Assembly: GCA_958267355.1 (NCBI GenBank)
Contig: OY279575.1
Location: forward strand, 41,726-105,725
DNA from: an uncultured Alphaproteobacteria bacterium
Lineage (GTDB): Bacteria; Pseudomonadota; Alphaproteobacteria; JALCBB01
Direction of reading: 5' to 3'
DNA: 64,000 bases
The notes beneath the pieces were generated by a model. That model ran no database searches. It was not told the DNA's origin and saw only the letters and a program-made list of their open reading frames with translations. Positions 37,100-47,563 of the stretch are shown here, one piece after another. The first letter of the stretch is position 1. The number at the start of each line of letters is the position of its first letter. Made by a program: the position numbers and the translations under genes.

Positions 37100-37897
37100 T
37101 AAATTTCCTGTGGCCTTCCCACCCATCCCCCCCAAGGTTTGCTTCGCGTCCTACGGACGCTCGCAACCCTTGACCCCCCTTTGCCCTGTGCCTGCCTACG
37201 GCAGACACAGCCCCTAGGGGGGTGTTAATTAGATAGTCCCCCTCTATATACAAAAAAAACAAAAAGAAAAAATGTAGAGAAATAAGGCCTGTTGCCTTCG
37301 CGCCCATAGGGGGGTGGCTAATTAATCAACCGTGTTCTTAAAAATAAAAAAATAAGATTAGTAATGTCTACGATCAATCAGCAAGCTTCGCCACGCGTGC
37401 CCGCTCGGCACTTCGTGCCTTCGCGCCCCTAGGGGGGTGAATTCCCTAATCAGCCCATATTTCTAAAAACTAAAAAAACATAAAGAAAGAAAATAAAAAA
37501 TCTTCGTAGGGTAAATTTTGAAACCTCTACCCACCCATCCCCCCCTAACTTTGCTTCGCAAAGTTAGACCCCCCTTTGCCCTCGCCACACTTCGTGTGGC
37601 TCGCCCCTAGGGGGGTGTTAATTAGATAGTCCCCTCTATATAAAAAAGAAAAACATAGGGAGAGGTAAAGAGAATAAAAGCAGAGAATAAAGACAGCAAA
37701 CCAAAGCGGGCGACTGCCCCCCTGTAAGGGGGGTAGGAGACAGCTTTGGCAGTTAGGGGGGAATATTCTCTACTTTTAAAAAAACGCCCCTGCGGGGCGT
37801 TCCCTCGCGCACTTCGTGCGCGCCCACCCCACCCCCCAAAATTTGCTACGCAAATTTTGACCCCCTCCGTCCCGAGGGGGTAATAGCTCTTGCATTT
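37100..37897. repeat. ~800-bp non-coding array of GC-hairpin modules separated by A-rich spacers
   Basis: cccacccatccccccc-[hairpin]-gaccccc modules at 37118, 37529 and 37823. Palindrome-containing box gcccctaggggggtg at 37211, 37303, 37425 and 37604. A ctaactgccaaagc-type element (reverse orientation) at 37701-37761. Confidence 0.85.
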
Positions 37898-39427
37898 CTA
37901 GGGGATTGTTGTTTTGTCCTCTGCTTTCAACGCGGCCTCCTGTTCTTTTATTTCTCGAAATAGTCTATACGCTCGGATGAGAGAATAAGCCAGAAAAGGA
38001 GACGCAATGAGAACTGTTAGAAGTGCTCCAACGACTGCTCCGATAAAAGCTTCATTAAAAAGCAACACAGAAAATCCGATAAATGCTCCCATAAGAGCCA
38101 TATAGATAATCCAATAGGGAGCTATAATTAGGGTTGCTGTGAGAGTGAAGCCAAGAGGTAATCTAAAGGCACTAGGAAAAGCCCCACGGAGGACTGTGCA
38201 GAAAATTCCTATAAGTGCTCCGACAAAAGACCCGAAAGGGATTCCGTGAAAAGCTTCGAGAAAAGAACCATTGAAGAGAGAGGCAATCAATGCGCCAATG
38301 AAAGCACCAATATAAATTCCAATGAAAGAACCAAAAATAAGTCCAAATACGTTCACTCCCATAATCTTGAGAAAATCAGAAGGAGCGAAAGGAAGAACCA
38401 TAATGGCTCCCGCAAGAGCTCCGATAGTGGCTCCGATTAAAGCTTCAAAAAGAACTTCCGAAAGAACTTCAAGAATAGCTCCAGAAACAGCAAAGATTAA
38501 CACTCCAAAAATAGCTCCAGAGAAAGCCCCAGAAGAAAGTCTAAGGAGAGCTTTATCATCAATGTCATAAATACTATAAGGTCTAAACATTTCAACAAGA
38601 AATCCTATCAAAGCCCCAAAGGGAGCTCCATAGAGAGCTACACGAAAAGCACCTTCAAGACCTCTATCAAGAGCATTCCGATCAAGTCCTAAAGGCAAAG
38701 CCGCATTGAGACTTAAAAAGAGAGCCCCAAAGATAGACCAAAAGATTGCCGAATTTATTATTCCCCTTAAATTCGTTCTATAAAGATAATCAGAGCTGTT
38801 GGCTTTGGTAACGATCCTTTCGATTGCCTCACCAAGAATTCCAAGAATGGCCCCTAGGAAAGCTCCAGTAAGAGTTGCTATTAAAATTCCGATAGGAGCT
38901 CCATTAAAGTTCGCAATAATTATTCCTGAGAGTGCACCGTAGAAAGCCGCTACGATAACTCCAAAAAAAAGATGTAAAAAAGGTTGCGGAAAAGCCTTTT
39001 TAGAAGGGCTCTTGAAAAAATAATCGAAAAGCCAGTAACAAAGCCATGCAGAAATCGCAATAAATATTCCTTTTATAGCTCCAGCAGACGCTCCGAAAAA
39101 AAGCGCAATGAGAATTCCAGAAACAGCCATAAAGATAGCCCCAATAGCTGACGCTGAAAAAATGAAACTAGTGAATGAAGGTTTTTTCTTAGAGGGGTCT
39201 TCGAACTCAATTTCAAAAGCAAAGACAATTCCTACAAAAACACCAAAAATTGCACCCAATGAAGCCCCTAGGGCATACAATCTACGATAATTTTCCCACG
39301 CCTTAAAAATTTCTGTAAAAATCTCTTCTACCCAGTTCGTAGCAAAAATTCCGATGAGCCAATTCGTGATGAAAATTCCAGTAAGAATCCCAGCAATAAT
39401 TCCTCGGAGGATTATCTTGAGGCGCAT
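37898..39427 (-). CDS. Polytopic membrane protein built of reiterated glycine-zipper (GxxxGxxxG) segments
   Basis: Likely start is ATG at 39427 (MRLKIILRGIIAGILTG). Many segments like GAFLGAILGILG, GAPFGALIGFL, GSFIGIYIGAFIGALI and GAFIGAVVGALL. AT-rich. The upstream part of the track ORF is translation of a G/C-run leader. Confidence 0.7.
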   Translation of the reverse strand: MRLKIILRGIIAGILTGIFITNWLIGIFATNWVEEIFTEIFKAWENYRRLYALGASLGAIFGVFVGIVFAFEIEFEDPSKKKPSFTSFIFSASAIGAIFMAVSGILIALFFGASAGAIKGIFIAISAWLCYWLFDYFFKSPSKKAFPQPFLHLFFGVIVAAFYGALSGIIIANFNGAPIGILIATLTGAFLGAILGILGEAIERIVTKANSSDYLYRTNLRGIINSAIFWSIFGALFLSLNAALPLGLDRNALDRGLEGAFRVALYGAPFGALIGFLVEMFRPYSIYDIDDKALLRLSSGAFSGAIFGVLIFAVSGAILEVLSEVLFEALIGATIGALAGAIMVLPFAPSDFLKIMGVNVFGLIFGSFIGIYIGAFIGALIASLFNGSFLEAFHGIPFGSFVGALIGIFCTVLRGAFPSAFRLPLGFTLTATLIIAPYWIIYMALMGAFIGFSVLLFNEAFIGAVVGALLTVLIASPFLAYSLIRAYRLFREIKEQEAALKAEDKTTIP

Positions 39428-39965
39428 TGGTGAAGTCTCCTTGCTTTTGGGGATACTAACAAAAAGCCCGTCTAAACGGGGGATTAGGGTGGCGTTTGGG
39501 GGGGTGGTAGGTGGGGTAGGGGGTTTGGGCGGTCTTTTCGGGGGTTTTGGGCAGGAATTTGGGGGTTGGGGCTTGACATAACCCGTCAAAGGGCTAGGAT
39601 GGCGGGGCTTCCTTTTGGGAGGCTTTAGCGAAAAGCGAAATGAAGCACAGGGGCTGTGGGCCTGCGGGCTGGCTCGCCTCATATGCTTTTTTTGTGTGTT
39701 TTTTGTCGCTTTCGCGCGCGCCAGCTCTTGACCATTGTACATAACGGAGAAGATACGTGGGCAGCGATCTGTAGAGCCGTTGAGTCGTAACACTTTCGGG
39801 TGCGGCGACTTGGCAAAAAATATGGGTCACGCAACGCGTATTTTCGTAAGATTTTTACGCAAATATCACGTTGCTTATGTTGCGGACGGCTTTGTCGTCC
39901 GCAGCGAAGCGAGCGTGACCTGTCAAACGTTTGTTTGCTCGTATCCAACGAGTAAGCCAACAATC

Positions 39966-41468
<1,503 letters not shown>

Positions 41469-41723
41469 GGGGTTGGGTATTCTGGGGTTTGGCTATGCTT
41501 GGGTCTTGACTGACTCGGGCTTGCTTGAGTTTTGATTGACTTGAGCTTTTAGCTTGAACTTTGGCACCTGACTTTAAAGAATTGCTGACTTTGTCTTACT
41601 TGAATGGCTTGGTGCTTTTTACGGAGCACTTGGGTCTTTTTTGTGAGACGAGCGAGGCATAAAAAACCTGCTCGACAGTTCGCTGTCCTCGTACCTTCTC
41701 CGTTGTGCCTACTCAAGACCCCC

Positions 41724-41753
41724 AAAAGCCGCCCCCCAAGGCGGCTTTTCTTT
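41724..41753 (+). terminator. Intrinsic terminator-like hairpin plus T-run downstream of 16S
   Basis: aaaagccgcc-ccccaa-ggcggcttttctttg. Nearly the same hairpin as the one after 5S. Confidence 0.6.
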
Positions 41754-41883
41754 GTCTCGTCGGGGGCAATTTGGCTCTACCCAGTCAAATTGCTGAAAAT
41801 TAGCCAATTTACGCTGAATTTCTGTGTGCAGCCCCTACATATGGGGGTTTAACATTAGAGTGTTAACAAATCAGAAGGGCAAA

Positions 41884-41962
41884 TAAGTAACATTTTTCCT
41901 CCTTTTTGTTACTTAATCTCTTGTAAGTAACATTTATGTTAGTTAAATTCATTTAAGTAACA
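41884..41962 (+). promoter_or_regulatory. Four copies of the 9-mer TAAGTAACA (three direct, one inverted) upstream of the Fic gene; putative operator array
   Basis: Direct copies at 41884-41892, 41925-41933 and 41954-41962. Inverted tgttactta at 41907-41915. Confidence 0.5.
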
Positions 41963-41991
41963 AAAACCACGAAATTCGTTAGTTAGCCAAA

Positions 41992-43176
41992 ATGGACAAA
42001 AAACACAAAAAACAAAGAATTGGGAATTATGTAAGGAGCTCTGCCTCTGACACGGTGAGCTATCTGGCTTACATTCCCAGCCCGCTCCCACCAGACCCGC
42101 CACTGGATATGGCAGATCTTGCTCCTCTTTTAGAGCGAGCCCATATCGCCATCGGGCGCTTGGACAGTATGATCGATCCACTATCAGACTTTTCTTCGGC
42201 TTTGCGCACATACTTTATCCGTAAAGAAGCTGTTTCATCCTCTCAAATTGAAGGCACGCAATCGACCCTCTCTGATGTATTGGTGTATGAAGCAGGTGAC
42301 AAAAAATTAAACACGCCTATTGAGGACGCTATAGAAACTTTACGCTATGTTTATGCTATGGAATATGGATTAAAACGCATAAAAGATATTCCCATATCGC
42401 TACGTTTGATTAGGGAAGTTCATAAAAAATTAATGACTGATACACGTGGTCAAAATAAGCAGCCTGGTGAATTTCGAAAAAGCCAAAACTGGATTGGCGG
42501 GTCAAAACCAAGTAATGCCGATTTTGTGCCGCCGCCACCGAACCATGTGATGGATGGGTTAGATAATCTAGAAAAATTCCTCAATGACGAAAGAACGGAT
42601 CTGCCTGTTTTAGTCAAGGCTGCGATCACGCATGTACAGTTTGAAATTATTCACCCATTTCTTGATGGAAACGGCCGTTTAGGCCGATTGCTTATTATTT
42701 TCATATTGTGTGCGGAAGATATTCTTAAGCAACCTGTTCTAGGTTTAAGTTCATATTTAAAAACCAACCATAAGGGTTATTACAATCATCTCCAATCTGT
42801 TCAGGAAAAGGGCGATTGGGAGGCGTGGATTGAATTTTTCCTAACAGGTGTCATTGAAACAGCTGAACAGGCAATAGAGACTATGCAGGCAATCCGAACA
42901 CTCTTTGCGGCAGATAATGATAAAATAAGCAAACGCGGAAGATCAGCAGCAAGCGTTTTTAAGATACATGCCCACTTGGAAAAATATCCAATGACTACGA
43001 CACGGAAAATAAAAGAAGACACAGGTCTGTCGTTGCCGACTGTCCTGCGCGGATTAGAAACTCTGAAAACTTTAGATATTGTTAAAGAACCTGAAGTCAA
43101 ATCGAGAAACAGGGTCTTCATTTATAAAAAATACCTTTCTCTTCTAAACGAAGGCACAGAGCCTTTGCCAAGGTAG
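41992..43176 (+). CDS. Fic family protein (AMPylase-type) with N-terminal inhibitory motif and C-terminal wHTH-like region
   Basis: HPFLDGNGRLGR Fic motif. SSQIEG matches the (S/T)xxxE(G/N) auto-inhibition helix. Confidence 0.85.
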   Translation: MDKKHKKQRIGNYVRSSASDTVSYLAYIPSPLPPDPPLDMADLAPLLERAHIAIGRLDSMIDPLSDFSSALRTYFIRKEAVSSSQIEGTQSTLSDVLVYEAGDKKLNTPIEDAIETLRYVYAMEYGLKRIKDIPISLRLIREVHKKLMTDTRGQNKQPGEFRKSQNWIGGSKPSNADFVPPPPNHVMDGLDNLEKFLNDERTDLPVLVKAAITHVQFEIIHPFLDGNGRLGRLLIIFILCAEDILKQPVLGLSSYLKTNHKGYYNHLQSVQEKGDWEAWIEFFLTGVIETAEQAIETMQAIRTLFAADNDKISKRGRSAASVFKIHAHLEKYPMTTTRKIKEDTGLSLPTVLRGLETLKTLDIVKEPEVKSRNRVFIYKKYLSLLNEGTEPLPR

Positions 43177-43309
43177 GAGGTGGGGCAGACAAAAGAAAAA
43201 ACCGACACTAGGTGATTTTTGCTATCGATGCGCCAAAATGAACCAAAATGAAAAAGCCCTCCCTTAAGACGATCGGCTTTTTATTTAGCCCCCCAACCCC
43301 CTCGAGCGA

Positions 43310-43482
43310 AGCCCGCGGGGGCGTTTTTTAAGAGTAGAGAATATTTACCCCCCCCTAACTGCCAAAGCTGTCTCCTGCCCCCCCGCGCAGATCGTCTTGC
43401 GTCACGCGGAGCGGATAGCAAGCGAGATGCGCAAAAGTGTTGCGCAAGCGACACGAAAAGGCGGGGCAGTCGCCACCTTTGG
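43310..43482 (+). repeat. ctaactgccaaagc-type hairpin element with an expanded loop, preceded by a terminator-like hairpin
   Basis: Reads gcccgcgggggcgtttttt, then agtagagaatatt..cccccctaactgccaaagctgtctcctgccccccc, then about 78 nt of nested hairpins, then ggggcagtcgccacctttgg. Confidence 0.8.
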
Positions 43483-43601
43483 GGCAAAGTATGGGGGTTA
43501 GGCAGGCGTGAATCGGCTTGATTTCCGCCATTAATTCTACCCTTGCGGGAGGTACATATTTCGTCTTTAATTTAGAACCATTACTACTTTAGGGGGGATA
43601 T

Positions 43602-45947
43602 ATGAAGCAGTTTCTTCTAATTCTATCGGTAACGTTGTCGCTGTTGCTGTCAGCGCAGATGGTTTCTGCTCAAACCGATGAAGAGCCCAAAGAAATTACG
43701 GATGCAGAAGTTGAAGAGGCCAAAGAGTCGTTTAAAGATTTTTTGAAGTCTCTGGAGGATTCCCTGAAAGAAGCTGCTAAGGAAATTGAAGACTCCGAAG
43801 AATTTCAAGAGCTCAAAAAATCTGTCAAGGAGGTAGAAGATACAGAAGAATTTCAAGAGTTGAAAGAAGCCATAAAAAATTATGAAGACGAAGATGATTG
43901 GGACAAGATCAAAGAAGCGGCAAAAAAGCTTGAAGACTCCGACAAGGTGGAGGAGATCAAGGCGCAAGCAAAAGATGTTGAAGATTCTGAAGAGGTTCAA
44001 GGGCTGAAGGAAACGGTTAAGGGTATTGATGACAGCGAGCAGTTTCAAAAACTCAAGCGGGCGGTAAAAAATATTGAAAACTCGCAGGAGCTCCAAGAGT
44101 TAAAAGAAATTGCAAAAAATCTTGAAGACTCCGAGGCATTTCAAGAGCTCAAGGAAGTTGTCAAAAATCTTGAAGACATTGAAGATTTGCCAAGGCTCCA
44201 GCAGGCGATCAAAGATCTTGAAGACGCAGAAGAATTAAAGCAGCTGAAGGCTGCAGCAAAAGATCTCGATGACTCGGCGGAAGTCCAGACGCTGAAAGCG
44301 ACCATCGTTGAGACCGCTAACGAGCTCGGAGACCTTGAAGATCCCTTGCGTGCCACCACCGCCACAACGCAAAGCGCGGCGCAGACTGCAGAATCAACAA
44401 CACAAGAGGCAACAAACCAAGAGGCACAAGAATTTGCGAACCAAGATTCCGATGAGAACACAGAGGAAGACATTTTAGAATTTCTTGATGAAATTGAGTA
44501 CGAAGCAATTTCTAACTTTGTGACTCGTGGAGAATACGAAGCACTCACGACGAAGCAGCGGAAAAAGCTTACACAACTTGCGATTCAAGCGAAATTCTGG
44601 GGTGATAATCCTGAAAAGCTTGCGAAAATTCGTGGGGAATTTTCGGAAATCATAAACTCTGTTGCGGGTGCGCAAGCGGTGGCAGATTCCTCTGAGAAGC
44701 TGACGCTTGAAGATATAGAGGGGCTTTTTTCTCCTGGGGAATTTGAGACTCTTCCAGAGGCGGCGCAGGACAAATTTTTCAATCTTACATTCCGATTGGG
44801 ACTTGTTGAAGAGGACTCTGAAGCGTATCAAAAGATTTTGCGTGAGTTGATAGCTCTTGCGGAGTCTCCTTATGATGCGGCGACTACGGAGATTACAGAT
44901 GAAGACAGGCAAGAATTTGCTGAAGACTTTTTGGGTGCCTTGGGCAGAGAGTTGGGTAGGGGGCTTGGAGAATATTTAGCTTCTCCTGAAGTTCAAGAGA
45001 GTATATTGGCGACTGACGATACCGCTACGGATGATGCGGGCGACACTTCGGAGTCTTCTACGCCTCTTCCTTATACGGAGGGGTATGATTTTTATCCTGA
45101 AGAAGAGGAGTCATCTGACAGTTTAAATTTCTTTTGGGGGTTGATTGCTTTTGTAATAATTTATTTTGTTCCTTCAATTTTTGCGTCTCTGCGGCGGTCG
45201 CGTGCGAGCACGCCGCTTCTTATTGCTAATATTCTTGCGGGCTGGACGATTATTGGTTGGGTGATTTGTCTGTTCTGGGCAGTTTTCTCTGGTCGCGCCC
45301 CGAAAAATGAAACCAAGAATGAAACCAAAAATGAAGCCAAGAATGAAACAAAGGACGAGAAACTTGCACAAAGCGAAAGCAACATAAATCAGATCAACGA
45401 AAAACCTGAAGACAAGAAAGATCGCGGCGAGAAGAGTCAAGATGGGTCTGTTAAAACTGCACGCAAGAAGGGTGCGGTGGCGGAGTTTCTGATTACACTT
45501 CTTATTACTTTGGCTTTATTTTTGGTTGTGTATTCTATATTTTTGCTTGATATTCCAGGATCGATGGGGGATTATTTGTTGAATTATGTGTTGTATGGCG
45601 TGATGTATTTTACGCCGACATTTTTTGCGTATTATAACAAGACAAAAACATGTGGCTGGTTGTTTGTTGTTAACGCTCTTGCGGGTTGGACAATTATTGG
45701 TTGGTTTGTCTGTTTTGCTTGGGCGTTTTTCTCCCATCGCGAGGTGGGAGGCGAGCAAAACGCAGTGGGTAGCCAAGAGCAGCAACACGGATTTCTTTAT
45801 AGCTGGTTGTTTCTTCAAGACCCTGAAGAAATGAAGGAATGGAAAAAAGCGGTGAAAGAATTCATAGATGCTAAAAATGAGGCTATGAATGATGGCGGCG
45901 GAAATGGTAATGGCGGTGGGGGCGGCAATGGCGGCGGTGGCGGTTAA
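43602..45947 (+). CDS. Secreted/membrane protein: signal peptide, ~12 acidic 16-aa repeats, two superinfection-immunity-like TM hairpins, KNET repeats and a Gly/Asn tail
   Basis: MKQFLLILSVTLSLLLSAQMVSAQ. Repeat unit EDSEEFQELKxxVKxx. YFVPSIFASLRR..LAGWTIIGWVICLFWAVF and YFTPTFFAYYNK..LAGWTIIGWFVCFAWAFF. Confidence 0.7.
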   Translation: MKQFLLILSVTLSLLLSAQMVSAQTDEEPKEITDAEVEEAKESFKDFLKSLEDSLKEAAKEIEDSEEFQELKKSVKEVEDTEEFQELKEAIKNYEDEDDWDKIKEAAKKLEDSDKVEEIKAQAKDVEDSEEVQGLKETVKGIDDSEQFQKLKRAVKNIENSQELQELKEIAKNLEDSEAFQELKEVVKNLEDIEDLPRLQQAIKDLEDAEELKQLKAAAKDLDDSAEVQTLKATIVETANELGDLEDPLRATTATTQSAAQTAESTTQEATNQEAQEFANQDSDENTEEDILEFLDEIEYEAISNFVTRGEYEALTTKQRKKLTQLAIQAKFWGDNPEKLAKIRGEFSEIINSVAGAQAVADSSEKLTLEDIEGLFSPGEFETLPEAAQDKFFNLTFRLGLVEEDSEAYQKILRELIALAESPYDAATTEITDEDRQEFAEDFLGALGRELGRGLGEYLASPEVQESILATDDTATDDAGDTSESSTPLPYTEGYDFYPEEEESSDSLNFFWGLIAFVIIYFVPSIFASLRRSRASTPLLIANILAGWTIIGWVICLFWAVFSGRAPKNETKNETKNEAKNETKDEKLAQSESNINQINEKPEDKKDRGEKSQDGSVKTARKKGAVAEFLITLLITLALFLVVYSIFLLDIPGSMGDYLLNYVLYGVMYFTPTFFAYYNKTKTCGWLFVVNALAGWTIIGWFVCFAWAFFSHREVGGEQNAVGSQEQQHGFLYSWLFLQDPEEMKEWKKAVKEFIDAKNEAMNDGGGNGNGGGGGNGGGGG

Positions 45948-46000
45948 TAGAGAAAATGGGTATCTTTCCGCACGGGCGGTTTCTCACGATAAGGAGGGCG

Positions 46001-46930
46001 ATGAAAATGGGGCGTAGAAAATTTTTAAAGTCTTTAAAACGCTCCTTGAAGAAGGCGGCGAAGGAGGTAGAAGACTCGGACGAATTCCAAAAGCTCAAGA
46101 AGTCCGCGAAAGACTTGGAAGACTCAGACGAGTTTCAAGAGTTTAAAGAGACCGCGAAGAATGTTAAGTCCTCCGAGGATTTGAAAAAGCTCAAGCAGGC
46201 GGGCAAAAGGCTTGAAGACTCCGAGGCGGCAGAAGAGTTCAAGCAATCCGCCAAGAATGTAGAAGACTCAGAAGAATTCCAAAACCTAAAAGAAATGGTC
46301 AAAAACATTGAAGACACCCAAGAGTTCAAAGAGCTCAAAAAGACTGCCAAAAATCTACAATATCTCTACGATTTGCAGAGGCTTCAGGCGACGATCAAAG
46401 ATTTTGAAAACACGGCTGAAGTGCGGGGGCTTAGAAGGGCGGTCAAGGATATTAAAGCCACCAAAGAATTCAAGGAGCTTAAAGAAATCGCCAGAAATCT
46501 TAAAAACCTTGACGACTTGCGACGGCTTCGTGATGCTGTCAAAAAGCTTGAAGACTCTGCGGCGGTGCAGAAGCTTAAAGTTGCTGCCAAAAAGGTTGAA
46601 GATTCTGCAGAAGTGCAAAAGCTGAAGCAGGTTGCCAGTCGGGTTGAGGACAGCCAAGAGTTTCAAAAGTTTAAAGCGATTGCCAAAAACCTTGAAAGCT
46701 TTGACGATCTGGAAAAATTACAAGCGGCGGCGAAAACTCTTGAGGACTCTGCTGAGGTCCAGGGGCTTAAGCAGGTGGCGAAAGATATAGAAGACTCCAG
46801 CGAAGTGCAAGAGCTGAAGCAAGCCGCTAAAGATCTTGAAGACTCTGCTGAAGTGCAAGAAATTAAACAGGCTGCGAAAAGCCTTGAAGACTCTGCTGAG
46901 GTGCGAGAGTTGAAAGAAAGAGTGCAGTGA
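46001..46930 (+). CDS. Protein made almost entirely of ~18 copies of the same 16-aa acidic repeat
   Basis: AAGGAGG lies 5 nt upstream of ATG at 46001 (track ORF starts 45956). Repeats read EDSDEFQKLKKSAKDL / EDSAEVQELKQAAKDL and similar. Confidence 0.7.
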   Translation: MKMGRRKFLKSLKRSLKKAAKEVEDSDEFQKLKKSAKDLEDSDEFQEFKETAKNVKSSEDLKKLKQAGKRLEDSEAAEEFKQSAKNVEDSEEFQNLKEMVKNIEDTQEFKELKKTAKNLQYLYDLQRLQATIKDFENTAEVRGLRRAVKDIKATKEFKELKEIARNLKNLDDLRRLRDAVKKLEDSAAVQKLKVAAKKVEDSAEVQKLKQVASRVEDSQEFQKFKAIAKNLESFDDLEKLQAAAKTLEDSAEVQGLKQVAKDIEDSSEVQELKQAAKDLEDSAEVQEIKQAAKSLEDSAEVRELKERVQ

Positions 46931-47032
46931 GAGACGAAAAGTAGTAAAGGCTAGTGTTCGCGAAATTTTTGGTATGTGATATGCTGTATGGCTGTGCTAT
47001 CTTGTGCGGGCACTTTTAGAGAGGATTTTGAG

Positions 47033-47455
47033 ATGAAAGGCACTTTATTGACTTTGCTGTTTTCGGCGTTCCTGCTGGCGGGAGTGGCGGTGCTTACTAC
47101 CTTTGGTTTTACGGCGGCTGAGCCTGTGATGGCGCACGAGGTGCATTTCTCCACTGAAGGAGACGGGCACGGCGGCAGTTGGTCGGTTCGTGTTGATGAG
47201 GGGAAGTGGTCGGGCCACTGGCCGCGCAATAAACCTGTGGTTGCGGTCTTGGTGATGTTTTTTGTGCTGGCGGTCTTTTCGTCGGTGTATTTTTTGCCGA
47301 CTCTGCTGGCTTTCGGACGCAGAATGCACTACCGCGTGCCGCTGTTTGTGGTCAATATCTTTTTCGGCTGGACATTCATCGGCTGGGTCTTCTGCATGGC
47401 CTGGGCATTCTGGCCTGATAGGGACGAGCGCAACGAGAAAGCAGAACAAGGATAA
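47033..47455 (+). CDS. Small membrane protein with a superinfection-immunity-like TM hairpin
   Basis: MKGTLLTLLFSAFLLAGVAVL...YFLPTLLAFGRRMHYRVPLFVVNIFFGWTFIGWVFCMAWAFW. Confidence 0.65.
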   Translation: MKGTLLTLLFSAFLLAGVAVLTTFGFTAAEPVMAHEVHFSTEGDGHGGSWSVRVDEGKWSGHWPRNKPVVAVLVMFFVLAVFSSVYFLPTLLAFGRRMHYRVPLFVVNIFFGWTFIGWVFCMAWAFWPDRDERNEKAEQG

Positions 47456-47563
47456 GTCTTTTCTGCTTTGTAGGCTTTGTAGGGTTATAGATATTTTTCC
47501 TGCAGCGGCGTTTTTTGTATTATACTACCTCTACGAGAAGAGTAGCGGCGGAGCGCGGGACAC

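Noticed and set aside
37100-37650. Possible CRISPR array (recurring gcccctaggggggtg box with variable intervening DNA)
   Set aside because: The boxes are not identical, spacing is irregular (about 95, 122 and 179 bp), the intervening DNA is itself repetitive hairpin and A-rich sequence, and there are no cas genes.
39428-39793. Pro/Lys-rich N-terminal extension of track ORF 37898..39793
   Set aside because: It is translation of the G/C-run leader next to the 16S promoter region. The hydrophobic protein starts naturally at ATG 39427.
39800-39960. 16S promoter and antitermination boxes (tttacg-N16-tatgtt; hairpin gcggacg-gctttgt-cgtccgc at 39887-39907)
   Set aside because: The spacing and box matches are marginal, so I could not place a promoter with confidence. 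It is left out of the feature list.
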